Assembly (NCBI GenBank): GCA_041687695.1
Contig: JAWLBL010000028.1
Coordinates: forward strand, 1 to 64,000
DNA: 64,000 nt
Reading direction: 5' to 3'
Source: Myxococcota bacterium
GTDB taxonomy: Bacteria > Myxococcota_A > UBA9042 > PHBI01 > JAWLBL01
The notes under the pieces were generated by a model that did not search any database, had not been told where the DNA came from, and worked only from the letters and a program-made list of their open reading frames with translations. The stretch's first letter is position 1. The number at the start of each line of letters is the position of its first letter. Below are positions 24,401 through 36,791 of this stretch, in pieces. A program made the position numbers and the translations under genes.

Positions 24401-26346
24401 GCCTTGAGCAGCAGCCGATTCAAGCGGTCGCTGCGCATGCGCCGCTCGAACACGGCCATCAGGGCGTCGACCAGGGCCACGCGCTGGCTGAGGACGTCGG
24501 TCTCGCCGCGCTCGACGCGCAGCGTGTTCACGCTCAGGGGCTGCCCGCTCTTGCTCGTCACCTCGGTCGCGTACTGCTCGACGACCACGACGCCGAAGTT
24601 GTCGACGACCGGCAGGATGTCCGTCAGGCGCATCTCCTGGGCGCTGTAGATGCGCAGCAGCGCCTCGGACTCGCTGGCCCGCGAGGGCAGGATGTCGAAG
24701 CGCATCCGCCCGGTCGCCACGACCTGCTCGAGGTGGCCGATGTCCACCACGGCCTCGGCCGCCGACGTGATCTCGGTGTAGGCCTCGGGGAAGGCGTCGG
24801 CGTAGCGCGCGTACAGATCGGCCCCGACCAGATGGCCCATGTCCTCTTCGAGACGCTGCCGAAGCCGCATGGTCCACGGCGTCCCCAGCTCGACGAGCCG
24901 CTCCTCGACCGTCTCCAGGTTGGCGCGGCCGAACTCGCGCTCGCCGGTGAGGTAGAAGTGCAGGGCGACGGTCCCGAACTTGCCGAGGTGCATGCGGTGG
25001 TCGACGTAGGTCGCCTTCAGCTCGCCCTGCAGCATGTCCTGCAGATCCACCCGCAGCTCGTCCGAGTAGTGCTCCTTGGGCAGGACCACGAAGACGTACG
25101 CGCTCGAGGCGTCCTCGTTGATGACCACCTGGCTCTGGATCTCGCGCGTCGCGTCGGCCTTCACGCTCAGCTGCAGCAGATCCTTGATGGTCTCGTCGTC
25201 GGCCTCGAACAGGTACTCGACGGGCAGGGCGTTGAACGCGTTGACCAGGCTCTTGTGTTGGTAGCTGCCCAGGACCGTCGCCGACTCGCGGATGATGCGG
25301 TTGACCTTGCGGCGCAGGATGGGGATGTCGCTGCCCGGCTGGCCCAGGCCCTTGAACGTGAACATCCCGTGGATGACGAAGCCGCCGCTCCACCGCCCCT
25401 GGTCGTCGAAGGTCCGCACCAGGATCTCGTCGACCTTGCCGGCGCGGTGCACCAGGCTCTCCTCGGTCGACTTGCGCACGCGCGCGATGGGCCAGCTCAG
25501 GCGCTCGTCCCGCGCCAGAAAACGCATCGCGTCGTCGGTTCCGCGCCCCGAGGGCATGGCCTCGTCGCGCATGGCCCCGAGCCCGCGCTCGGGCGCGATG
25601 CGCAGGTGCCCCTTGGCGTCTACGACGTAGCAGCTGATGCCCATGAGGATGAAGTTCTCGCTCGTGACCCACTCGAGGAAGTCACGCACCTCCAGGCAGT
25701 CGTCGCGGTGGCCGGTGTCCTCCTTGGCGAGGAAGTCGAACTCGTTGGCGAAGTCCTTGATGACGCGCGTCATGCGGTGGAAGTCGCGCACCATCGCCTG
25801 CGAGACCTTCAGCCGCTGCCGGATCTCGGCCTCGATCGTCTCGAAGCGCAGCCCCGCCGGCACGCTGACGTACCAGCGCGTGTAGCTCCAGTTGCGGCTC
25901 TGCTCGGCCTGCGGGGTGATGGCGACCAGCTTCGCCCCGTCGAGCACGACCGGGAAGATGATGTTCAGGCTGTTGTGGACCTGGACGTCACGCTGCCGCA
26001 GGTAGAGCTTGAGCGTGTCGAAGATGAACGGCTGATCGGGCATGACGGTCTCGATGACCCGCCCCTCGAGCGCGTAGCCGTGCTCGGCCTCGGTCGGCTG
26101 GAACGCCCGCACCTCGACCTCGCGCGAGACGATGCCCGAGGTCATCCACCGGAACGAGTCCTGCAGCTGGGCCGCCAGCGTCGTCAGCCGGTGCCGGTAC
26201 AGGTACTGCTCGTCGACCCGCCTCAGGACGGCCTGCGCGAAGGCCGTCATGAGCGCCTCGTGGTTATCGCCGGCCTCGGCCCGCTCCGACGTCAGGTCGG
26301 TCAGCAGGCGATCGATGAGCTCCGCGCGGGCGATGTTGTGCTGCAT
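21481..26346 (-). CDS. gdhB: Large NAD-specific glutamate dehydrogenase (GDH2/GdhB type)
   Basis: About 1620 aa; GVHLRGGRVARGGIRWSDR, KNTLIVPVGAKGGF, DPYLVVAADKGTA, GIGDMSGDVFGNGML and DAIDNSGGVDLSDHEVN. ATG 26346 has GGAG upstream; an alternative GTG start lies at 26370. Confidence 0.95.
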   Translation of the reverse strand: MQHNIARAELIDRLLTDLTSERAEAGDNHEALMTAFAQAVLRRVDEQYLYRHRLTTLAAQLQDSFRWMTSGIVSREVEVRAFQPTEAEHGYALEGRVIETVMPDQPFIFDTLKLYLRQRDVQVHNSLNIIFPVVLDGAKLVAITPQAEQSRNWSYTRWYVSVPAGLRFETIEAEIRQRLKVSQAMVRDFHRMTRVIKDFANEFDFLAKEDTGHRDDCLEVRDFLEWVTSENFILMGISCYVVDAKGHLRIAPERGLGAMRDEAMPSGRGTDDAMRFLARDERLSWPIARVRKSTEESLVHRAGKVDEILVRTFDDQGRWSGGFVIHGMFTFKGLGQPGSDIPILRRKVNRIIRESATVLGSYQHKSLVNAFNALPVEYLFEADDETIKDLLQLSVKADATREIQSQVVINEDASSAYVFVVLPKEHYSDELRVDLQDMLQGELKATYVDHRMHLGKFGTVALHFYLTGEREFGRANLETVEERLVELGTPWTMRLRQRLEEDMGHLVGADLYARYADAFPEAYTEITSAAEAVVDIGHLEQVVATGRMRFDILPSRASESEALLRIYSAQEMRLTDILPVVDNFGVVVVEQYATEVTSKSGQPLSVNTLRVERGETDVLSQRVALVDALMAVFERRMRSDRLNRLLLKAHLTWKEVDLFRALYTYSRQLGSQIGAEILQKVLMTHSTYVSRLAALFRARFDPDLEVSDAHRADEVARLGRELRDYLTHVKGFEEDRVLSIILNLIEATLRTNFYVAERSDGEHFISLKIESARVREMPEPRPMYEIYVHHARIEGVHLRGGRVARGGIRWSDRIDDYRSEVLGLMATQMLKNTLIVPVGAKGGFVLKDPIEDFREARARADALYRIFIRGLLEITDNIRDGQVVPPPRVRRYDGDDPYLVVAADKGTAHLSDTANELSRAFDFWLGDAFASGGSVGYDHKEKGITARGAWVCVRRHFAEMDLDPEIDEVSVVGIGDMSGDVFGNGMLLSKSMKLIGAFNHRHIFLDPTPAPGPAWQERKRLFETKGSQWTDYDASLISAGGGVFDRGAKAIELSPEVRERLGASEDVVSGERLIRLILTADVDLLWNGGIGTYVKATSESHAEVEDKDNDRVRVDASQLRCKVIGEGGNLGVTMRGRVEYALAGGRVNLDAIDNSGGVDLSDHEVNLKILLQPLVRSGALEKSARDKLLVEVGDEVCDMVLADSDSQSLAISLDEARSRKNVWNYWRAMDTLKEQLGFSRRAQRLPDAAEMIEHRLARKQGFLRPELAKLLAYSKMVVYAGLTAEPIGTLDELMPDLVAYFPPAVMEPFAAVAGEHMLAREIAATVQTNRLVDMGGVAYFPLMMKATQRSVSEIAAATLLIEDVLGVRPLREALRALGAAATASAVYQAIISVQQVVADAVQSLLDRAVTPVTLATRPRLQPAGEVAKALMANIEDVLPAEGRQVLDREAARLREAGVPELLAHRVAALRPASHALAVGELAATTGRDPLELARLFFAAGYGGRIIPFVERITQQVYRDGWDHLAIQRIRGALFSSLLDLVGLLAARPSQGGRDAEGEALAVDGLGDVARQISGLLQERIPVSATFVLSEQLRQRVRAMELELAARASVGERPAAALAKAR

Positions 26347-26557
26347 GACGCTGGCTCCACTCGGGGTCACGCGGCGCCGGTCCCGGTCGCGTTCGCCGGC
26401 CCACCGCTGGTCCGCGCCTCACGACCCCGGCAACCGCTCGGGACGCGTCGCACCTAGCACACGCCCCAACCCCCATCAAGCCGCGGTGCGTCAAGGTCCC
26501 CGGATGTGCGTCGTGCTTGGAGATGGTCTCGCCGAGGGAGGTTCAGCGCCCCCGAGC

Positions 26558-27799
26558 TCACTCACACAGGGCTGCCAGTTCCTGACACTGGTCCACCGTG
26601 ACGGCTTCGCCGCACGGAGGCAGTCCTCCGGTCCACGTCCCCGCGCAATGGGAGCACTCGGTGTAGGCGTAGATGAGGCCCTGGGCGAGGACATCACCCG
26701 CTCCGAAGCACGTGCCGTAGCACTCCAAGTCAGGTTCGCCTGACCGGGGGATGCATGCTTCGATGCAGGCGTTGGTGTCTGAGCACGAGGCTGAACCGGC
26801 CTGCTCGACCAAGCACGCGCTGAACTCATAGGGACACTCGAGCAGCGCGCATACGTAGCTCGTTCCGCAGCCCATGTCGTCCATGCAACCCTGCAAGTCA
26901 GGGAATGTAGCGAGTACGTGTGGACGGCCCGCTTCCAAGCAGCCGACGAGGCAGTCCGTATCCGACGACGTGCAGGATGCCCTACACTTCAGGACGTCGT
27001 TGCAGTAGGCGTCTTCCAGGAGCCGACACTCCCCGAATACACACGATTCGGCCGAGTCGCACGTGCCGCACGACCCGCCACAACCATCGGGTCCACAAGA
27101 CTTACCCGAGCAAAGCGGTTCACACACGCATTGGCCGTTGTCTCCGCAGACCTGGCCCGAGGTACATCCCCCACACTGTGTTCCGCACTCGGACTCGCCG
27201 CAGGAGCCCGGTTCGCAGACGCAAGTCGGTGCTGGGGCGTCCGAGCACGCATCGAAGCCTTCGGTGCACCGGTCGGCGATGCACTGTTGACACTCAGCGG
27301 CCTTGAAACCCCAAACGCCGCTGCACTTGTCTCTACACATGACCTCCTTGGCACAATAGGCCAGCTCGACCAGGCATGTAACGCAGTCGTCTTGGAGGTT
27401 GGTCTCGTTGTCCAGGCACTGCTTCACGCACGCCTCATCAAACCCGCTCTCGAAGCATTCGGCGCAGTTCAAGCCGGTCCAGACCGCGCCCGTATTTGTG
27501 AGACTTGCGTTCCCTCCGCCGGTACAGACTCCTGAGGGCGTCACGTCGGGCTCAGGACCCGCATCAGCGCCGTCCGAGAGCGCCGCCCCATCCTGGTCCA
27601 CGCCGTCGGCCAAGGTCGCGTCCACATCTGTGCCGTCAGAATCCGCCTCGGTCGGCGCCTTGAGGTCATCATGTTCGGCGTCCAACTCGTCGGTATCGAC
27701 CTTCACATCCTGATAGACGGAGATCGGATCCCATGCGCAGCCGGACAGGCCAGCAGCTACGCTGAGCCACGCAGCGAGAAGCGGTGCCGATGTCTTCAC
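26558..27799 (-). CDS. Cys-rich lipoprotein with atypical, less GC-biased codon usage
   Basis: 413 aa; signal peptide ending LSGC, acidic linker, CSGKSCGPDGCGGSCGTC motif and helical CxxxC repeats; many A/T-ending codons. Confidence 0.75.
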   Translation of the reverse strand: MKTSAPLLAAWLSVAAGLSGCAWDPISVYQDVKVDTDELDAEHDDLKAPTEADSDGTDVDATLADGVDQDGAALSDGADAGPEPDVTPSGVCTGGGNASLTNTGAVWTGLNCAECFESGFDEACVKQCLDNETNLQDDCVTCLVELAYCAKEVMCRDKCSGVWGFKAAECQQCIADRCTEGFDACSDAPAPTCVCEPGSCGESECGTQCGGCTSGQVCGDNGQCVCEPLCSGKSCGPDGCGGSCGTCDSAESCVFGECRLLEDAYCNDVLKCRASCTSSDTDCLVGCLEAGRPHVLATFPDLQGCMDDMGCGTSYVCALLECPYEFSACLVEQAGSASCSDTNACIEACIPRSGEPDLECYGTCFGAGDVLAQGLIYAYTECSHCAGTWTGGLPPCGEAVTVDQCQELAALCE

Positions 27800-27824
27800 G
27801 AGAGGGTCCTAAGCTGTCGGTGCC

Positions 27825-27863
27825 GCTCGTCGGCGCCGGGTCGCATGGCCGGCACCGACGAGC
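27825..27863. terminator. Intergenic stem-loop (possible terminator or processing site)
   Basis: GCTCGTCGGCGCCGG (27825-27839) pairs with CCGGCACCGACGAGC (27849-27863) with one mismatch; 10 nt after the upstream stop; no U-tract. Confidence 0.4.
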
Positions 27864-27873
27864 AACTGAGATA

Positions 27874-30800
27874 TCAAGGGGTCCAGCGGAAGACGGCCTT
27901 GTCCATCTGCCCCGTCGCCGTGTTGGCCCAGCCGCCGAAGAGGAAGAACTCGTCGGCCTTCACCTCGATGGCCTTGAGCGAGTACTGCTCGGGGCCAGGG
28001 CAGTCACCCAGCTTGCATCCCGTGTTCGCGAAGGTGTTGACCGTCCAGCTGCTGCCCAGGGTTAGGTTGCTGGTCGCGTCGGCGTGCGCGATGTAGAAGA
28101 TGGCGGCCGAGCTGGTCTGATAGCGACCGATGACGAACACCTTCTTCCCGTCGGTGGCCACGTCCCAGAAGTCGGTGGACGCCTGATTGCTCAGGCCGGG
28201 CAGGGTCACCTTGACCATATCGGCCGTGCCGCCAGCGAGGAGCAGGCCGCCTGTGCCCACCACGACGATCTGGTTGCCGACCGCCTCAGCCTCGAGCGCG
28301 CGCTGGCCCGAGACGCTGACGTACATGTTGTTGTCGTACGCCCAGGCGCTGTTCGACGTGTTGTAGCGCAAGAAGTCGACGATGGTCGGGCTCGTCTCCG
28401 AGTTGTAGTTGGCCACGATGATGACTTCGCCCGTCGACAGGCGCACGACGGCGACGGGGAACTCGTTGGTCGTCGACACCGCCTCGTCGGAGCAGCTGAA
28501 GCTCGACCAGCCGGAGCAACCGCGGACCGTCATCTTCGTGTTCTCGGCGTCGCGCCCGGCGAACTTGTAGGAGGTGGTGATGATACATGGGAACTGAGAG
28601 CACGAGCTCGACCACACCTTCGAGCCGGTCCAGGTGCCATTGGGCAGCGCATTGAACGCCGCGGAGAGGCTGCCGCTGGTCGACGAGTTCACCCAGCTGG
28701 TCGTGCTGCTGTCCCACACTCTGAGGCTAGACCCGAAGACCAGGTAGTTCCAGCCGAGCGTCATCTTCGGGGCGCCCTTGCCGAGGAGGTTCGAGTCGGT
28801 CGAGGACGTGCCGCCCTTGAAGTGCTGGGTGTAGCTGTTGACGGTGAGACTCGCTGGGGATTGATGCACGGCGTAGACGTCCGAGCTCGGTCCCGGCGAC
28901 GCGGCCGTATATTCGTCGACGCCCGAGCTGAAGCTGGACGACAGCGCCCGGGTGAAGCCGCTGCAGGTCGCGTTGTAGCACCAGTCGCCGTAGGTCGTGG
29001 TCTTGCCGTCGCTGCAGGCGGTGAAGTTCGCCTTGGACGGGTGCGAGCAGGTCGCCTTGGACGAGCAGATGTCGTCGGTGCAGGGGTTGCCGTCGTCGGC
29101 GCAGGTCGAGCCGGCGGGCTTGGGCGTCCAGGCCGAGGTGCTGCTCTTGATGTCGCACGCCTGGCAGTCGTTGGACGGGTTGGTGGTGCCGTTCTGGACG
29201 CAGGTGCTGCCGATGAGGCAGCTGCCCGACTTGGGGTCGAGCGGGTGCGTGCACTGGCCCTGCGCGCAGACGTCGTGGGTGCAGGAGAGCTTGTCGTCGG
29301 GGCAGGCCGTCCCGTCCGCGACGTTGCTCCAGGCGCTGGCGCTGGTGGAGGCGTTGCACACCTGACACGGGTTGTCGGGGTTCGGCTCGCCGTCCTTGTA
29401 GCAGACCCCGTCGATGAGGCAGGTCCCCTTGTCCTGCGTGAACTTGCAGCCGCCCTTGCCGTCGCAGCTGTCGGCGGTGCAGGCCAGCTTGTCGTCGCAG
29501 AGGTAGCCGGTGCCGGCGCAGGCGCCGCTGGCGCACGCGTCGGAGTGGGTGCAGTCGTTGCCGTCGCTGCACGACCCGCTGACGTTGGTCCAGCTGCTGG
29601 TGCTCTTGGCGGCGTCGCACTTGCGGCAGGTGTTGTTGCCGTCCGACGCGCCGTCCACGTGGCAGGCGCCGTCGATCTTGCAGTAGCCCGCCTTCAAGGT
29701 GATGAGGCAGCCGTCCTCGGTGCAGGACGCCGTCTCGCACGCCAGGGCCGTGCAGCCCGCCAGCGAACCGACGCACTGCCCCTCGGCGTTGCAGGCGTCG
29801 CCGGTCGTGCAGCTGAGGCCGTCGTTGCAGGCCGTCCCGGCGCTCTTGGCCGACCACTTCGTCTGCGACGTCGCCGCCGCGCACTGCTCGCAGGAGTTGG
29901 CCGGGTTCGTCGCTCCGTTGGCGTAGCACGACGTGTTGATGAGGCAGTTGCCCGCCGCCACCGGATACGAGCAGCCGCCCTTGCCGTCGCAGGTGTCGGT
30001 GGTGCAGCCCTTGCCGTCGTTGCAGACGTAGGCCGTGCCCCCGCACGTCCCGCCGCTGCACACGTCCGAGTGCGTGCAGGCGACCCCGTCGTCGCACGAA
30101 TCGTTGTTGTTCGACCAGGCCGTCTTGCTCTTGGTCGGCTGGCAGCTCTGGCAGGGGTTGTTCGGGTTCTTCGCATCCGCCGCGACGCACGCTCCGCCGA
30201 TGACGCAGTGCGCCGAACCGATGGCGTGGTTGCAGCCGCCCTTGCCGTCACAGCTGTCGGTCGTGCAGGCCAGGCCGTCGTCGCAGACGTAGCTGGTCCC
30301 CTTGCAGACGCCGCCGCCGCACACGTCGCCCTGCGTGCACGCCGCCTTGTCGTCGCAGGTCGCGCCGTCGTTGTTCGACCAGCTGGTCCCCGACGTGCAC
30401 TTCTGACAGACGTTGTCCGGGTTCAGCTGCCCGCCGTTGTAGCACTTGCCGTCGACCAGGCACTGCCCCGACTTCACGGGGTTGCTGCAGCCGCCCGCGC
30501 CGTCGCAGACGTCCTCGGTGCATGCCAGGCCGTCGTCGCAGGAGTAGGCGCTGCCCGTGCACTTGCCGTTCGCGTCGCACTGGTCCGCCGACGTACAGGC
30601 CGACCCGTCGTCACAGGCCTCGCCGAGCTTGGGCTCCTTGTAGCACTCGCCGCTCGACACGTCGCAGCGGCCGGTGTTGCAGGTGTCGCCGAAGCCGGCG
30701 CAGTCCCCGTCGCTCTGGCACCCGCAGTCCCAGGTGCCCACGCACGTCCCCGCAGACGTGCACTTGTCGTTGATGGTGCACGTCGCGTCACCGTCGTTGC

Positions 30801-33507
30801 ACGCCGTCCCGGTCAGCGGCGTCTTCTTGCACGACCCGCCGACGCACGCCGCCGCGTTGCACTGGTCCGCGTAGGCCGAGCAGTCCAGCGGCGTCCCCTT
30901 GCACACGCCGCCCGAGCACGCGTCGTCCTGGGTGCAGCTGTTGCCGTCGCTGCAGGCGTTCCCGTCGGGCGCGGCCTGCGGCACGCACTTGTCGCCGACC
31001 TCGTCACAGGCCCCGACCGTACACACCCCGTCGCCCGACGCCGAGCAGTCGCGCGCCGGCCCCGCCTTGCACTCGCCGGACTGGCACACGTCCCCGGTCG
31101 TGCAGTACTTGCCGTCCTCGCAGGCCGACCCGTTCAGGCTCGTGTCCGCGACCTCGACGCACTCGTAGTTCTGGCACGCGAAGCGGTTGCACGCGGACGG
31201 CGTCCCTTCGCAGTCGCCGTCGACCTTGCAGGGGCAGTAGCCCACGCACGCGCCGTCCTCACAGTGGTCGTCCTTCGTGCAGGGCTCGCCGTCGTTGCAG
31301 CTGTTGGTGTCGTCGGTCACGCTCTGGCAGCCCGTCGCCGTGTTGCAGGTGTCGTCGGTGCACGGGTTGCCGTCGTCGCAGTTCAGCGACTGCCAGTTGC
31401 TCTTGGACAGCGCCGGCTTGCACACCTGGCAGGCGTTGTTCGGGTTCACCGCCTCCGCCGCGAAGCACGTCTTGCCGATGGAGCAGAAGCCATCCTTGAC
31501 GGTGTAGACGCACTTCTTCTCGCTGCTGCAGAACTCGACCGTGCAGTCGAGGCCATCGTCGCACCAGGCGTCGTCGGGGCACCCGCACTCGGCCAGCTCG
31601 GCGTCCCAGCTCCCCTCGCAGTTGCCCGACGCGTCGCAGACGTCGCCCGTCGTGCACTTCTCGCCGTCGTCGCAGGGCTCGCCGGACTTCGGCGTCGTCA
31701 CGCACTTGCCGGCCTCGCAGGACCCGGCGTTGCAGGCGTCGTCGAACTCGGAGCAGTCGAGCGGCACGCCCGCGCACGCCCCGTCGGCCGAGCACTGGTC
31801 GGTCAGCGTGCACGGGTCCTTGTCGTCGCACTGCGTCCCGGCCGCCTTGTTCGTCGCCACGCACTGGCCCGTCGTCGGGTCGCAGGCCGTCGTCGAGCAC
31901 CCCGCCGGGTCGCCGGCGTCACAGGACACGGCCGCCCCGCCCAGGCACTCGCCGGCGTCGCACACCTCGCCCGTCGTGCACAGGTCCCCGTCGTCACAGC
32001 TGGTCCCGTTCTTGCCGGTGTCGGGGACCGCGACGCACTCGAAGCCCACGCACGCCACCCGCTCGCACGCGCCCACCTCGACCGCGGCGCCCTCGCACTG
32101 CTCGTCCGTCTTGCACGGGCAGGTCCCCACGCACTCGGCCTGGGCGTTGCACATCTCGTTCTGCGTGCAGGGGTCCCCGTCGTCGCACTCGGCCCCCGGC
32201 GCCGGCGTCGACACGCAGCCCAGCAGCGGGTCGCACGTGTCGGTCGTGCACGGGTTGCCGTCGTCGCAGGGGTAGGGCGACCAGCTCGTCGGCTCGGCCG
32301 GGTCGCAGACCTGGCAGCTGTTGACGCTGTTGACCTCCTCGGCGAAGACGCACTTGCCGTTGATGAAGCAGGTGCCGCCGACGACCGGGAACGAGCACTC
32401 GCCGGTCTCGACGTTGCAGACCTCTTGCGTGCAGCCCAGGTTGTCCTTGCAGTCCGCGTTCGTCTCGCAGGCGCAGTCGCCGCCGGTGTCCCACTTGCCC
32501 TGGCACGTCCCGTCCTCGAGGCACACGGCCTCGACGATGCACGCGTTGGCGTGCACGCAGCTCTGTCCCACCTTCACCTGCGCGAGGCAGGTGCCCGCCT
32601 GGCACAGGCCCGACGTGCACGGCCCGTCGAACGCGCCGCAGTCCATCGGCGCGCCCTCGCACCCGCCCGCCCCGCAGGCGTCGCTCACGGTGCAGGGATC
32701 GCCGTCGTCGCAGCTGGTCCCGGCCTCGGCGGCCTGCGCCTCGCACCCGCCGGTGTCGGGGTTGCACGCCCCCACCGTGCAGGCGCCGTCGCCCGACGCC
32801 GAGCAGTCCTTGGGCGTCCCGCCGCCGCACACCCCGGCCGCGCACACCGCGCCGGTCACGCACTTGTCACCGTCCGTGCAGGTCTGCCCGTCCTTGGCGA
32901 GGTCGCTGGTCGCCACGCACACGTTGTCGGCGCAGACGGCCTTCTCGCAGGGGCCCACCGGCGTGTCGCCGCAGTCGGCGTCGACCTCGCACACACACGT
33001 CCCGACGCACTCGCCGGCCTTGCACGCGTCGTCCTTGCTGCACGCGCTGCCGTCGTCGCAGGCCGCCCCGTCTTCGAGGTCGTCGTAGACGCAGCCCGTC
33101 TTGAAGTCGCAGGCCTCGGTCGTGCACGAGTTGGAGTCGTCGCAGACCACGTCGCTCCACGCCGTCGTGCTGGCGGCCGTGTCGCACACGAAGCACTTGT
33201 TGTCGGGCTTGGTCTCGAGGTGCGCGTAGCACTCGTCGTCGATGTTGCAGACGTTGTCGCGCTCGGTGTTGACGCAGACGCCCGCCTCGCAGCGATCGTC
33301 GGTGCACGAGTTCTTGTCGTCGCACTCGCTGTGCTTGCCGACGCCGCACGTCTTGGTCTGGACGTCGGGGGCGTCCCCCTTGACGAAGTCCTCGCCGCCG
33401 GCCGCGTCGTTGTCGGCGCTGACCTTGATGTCCCCGCAGCCGGCGGCGCCGATCGCGAGCAGGGCGGTACAGAGGGTGAACGCTCGCGCCATGGAATGGA
33501 GCAGCAT
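27874..33507 (-). CDS. Giant (~1880 aa) Cys-rich repeat lipoprotein with C-terminal beta-rich domain
   Basis: GGGAG then ATG 33507; signal peptide ending AAGC; CDDGxxCT and C.IDG.CY....NP.N.C..C repeats; Ser/Thr-rich non-repetitive C-terminus. Confidence 0.85.
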   Translation of the reverse strand: MLLHSMARAFTLCTALLAIGAAGCGDIKVSADNDAAGGEDFVKGDAPDVQTKTCGVGKHSECDDKNSCTDDRCEAGVCVNTERDNVCNIDDECYAHLETKPDNKCFVCDTAASTTAWSDVVCDDSNSCTTEACDFKTGCVYDDLEDGAACDDGSACSKDDACKAGECVGTCVCEVDADCGDTPVGPCEKAVCADNVCVATSDLAKDGQTCTDGDKCVTGAVCAAGVCGGGTPKDCSASGDGACTVGACNPDTGGCEAQAAEAGTSCDDGDPCTVSDACGAGGCEGAPMDCGAFDGPCTSGLCQAGTCLAQVKVGQSCVHANACIVEAVCLEDGTCQGKWDTGGDCACETNADCKDNLGCTQEVCNVETGECSFPVVGGTCFINGKCVFAEEVNSVNSCQVCDPAEPTSWSPYPCDDGNPCTTDTCDPLLGCVSTPAPGAECDDGDPCTQNEMCNAQAECVGTCPCKTDEQCEGAAVEVGACERVACVGFECVAVPDTGKNGTSCDDGDLCTTGEVCDAGECLGGAAVSCDAGDPAGCSTTACDPTTGQCVATNKAAGTQCDDKDPCTLTDQCSADGACAGVPLDCSEFDDACNAGSCEAGKCVTTPKSGEPCDDGEKCTTGDVCDASGNCEGSWDAELAECGCPDDAWCDDGLDCTVEFCSSEKKCVYTVKDGFCSIGKTCFAAEAVNPNNACQVCKPALSKSNWQSLNCDDGNPCTDDTCNTATGCQSVTDDTNSCNDGEPCTKDDHCEDGACVGYCPCKVDGDCEGTPSACNRFACQNYECVEVADTSLNGSACEDGKYCTTGDVCQSGECKAGPARDCSASGDGVCTVGACDEVGDKCVPQAAPDGNACSDGNSCTQDDACSGGVCKGTPLDCSAYADQCNAAACVGGSCKKTPLTGTACNDGDATCTINDKCTSAGTCVGTWDCGCQSDGDCAGFGDTCNTGRCDVSSGECYKEPKLGEACDDGSACTSADQCDANGKCTGSAYSCDDGLACTEDVCDGAGGCSNPVKSGQCLVDGKCYNGGQLNPDNVCQKCTSGTSWSNNDGATCDDKAACTQGDVCGGGVCKGTSYVCDDGLACTTDSCDGKGGCNHAIGSAHCVIGGACVAADAKNPNNPCQSCQPTKSKTAWSNNNDSCDDGVACTHSDVCSGGTCGGTAYVCNDGKGCTTDTCDGKGGCSYPVAAGNCLINTSCYANGATNPANSCEQCAAATSQTKWSAKSAGTACNDGLSCTTGDACNAEGQCVGSLAGCTALACETASCTEDGCLITLKAGYCKIDGACHVDGASDGNNTCRKCDAAKSTSSWTNVSGSCSDGNDCTHSDACASGACAGTGYLCDDKLACTADSCDGKGGCKFTQDKGTCLIDGVCYKDGEPNPDNPCQVCNASTSASAWSNVADGTACPDDKLSCTHDVCAQGQCTHPLDPKSGSCLIGSTCVQNGTTNPSNDCQACDIKSSTSAWTPKPAGSTCADDGNPCTDDICSSKATCSHPSKANFTACSDGKTTTYGDWCYNATCSGFTRALSSSFSSGVDEYTAASPGPSSDVYAVHQSPASLTVNSYTQHFKGGTSSTDSNLLGKGAPKMTLGWNYLVFGSSLRVWDSSTTSWVNSSTSGSLSAAFNALPNGTWTGSKVWSSSCSQFPCIITTSYKFAGRDAENTKMTVRGCSGWSSFSCSDEAVSTTNEFPVAVVRLSTGEVIIVANYNSETSPTIVDFLRYNTSNSAWAYDNNMYVSVSGQRALEAEAVGNQIVVVGTGGLLLAGGTADMVKVTLPGLSNQASTDFWDVATDGKKVFVIGRYQTSSAAIFYIAHADATSNLTLGSSWTVNTFANTGCKLGDCPGPEQYSLKAIEVKADEFFLFGGWANTATGQMDKAVFRWTP

Positions 33508-33760
33508 AGGGGGGTCTCCCGGAGGTGCGCGTGGTCGTGCTTGGTCCCGAACGAGGCGCATTCTAGGACCGGCGCCGGCCGGGAATCAACCGCCGACCGC
33601 TCCGGTTACAGAGAACTTGGCTCGAAACCTTGCAGGGCGCGCGTCGGTTGCATCCGCGGCGGGGTCGGGCCACGATGCGCGCGATCGACGGGCGGCCGCG
33701 GGGCCCCCCGAGCGGCACCCCAGGCGCCGAGGCGCTCGGCCCTCAGACGGAGCGAGTGAA

Positions 33761-35086
<1,326 letters not shown>

Positions 35087-35157
35087 GCGGACGGCCTGTC
35101 GGCCCGCGTCCGGCTCAGGCCAAGCCTGGAGCCGGCGCGGACCCCGGCCACAGACGC

Positions 35158-35190
35158 CACGAGCCGCGGAGGGGCCCCCCGCGGCTCGTG
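35158..35190. terminator. GC-rich hairpin between convergent genes (probable bidirectional terminator)
   Basis: CACGAGCCGCGG...CCGCGGCTCGTG perfect 12-bp stem. Confidence 0.55.
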
Positions 35191-35213
35191 TGCTCGAGAC
35201 CTCTCGCGTCGCC

Positions 35214-36791
<1,578 letters not shown>

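Noticed and set aside
27800..27873. Hairpin as an integron attC site beside the atypical gene
   Set aside because: No RYYYAAC/GTTRRRY core boxes and no integrase.
33618..33633. TGGCTCGAAACCTTGC as a sigma54 promoter
   Set aside because: Spacing between TGGC and TTGC is 8 nt rather than the strict 7.
28084..33759. Long opposite-strand or alternate-frame ORFs (e.g. 28084..33759+, 10487..15610+, 20008..24279+, 55057..58185-)
   Set aside because: Stop-codon scarcity in high-GC DNA; they overlap well-supported genes and show no motifs.
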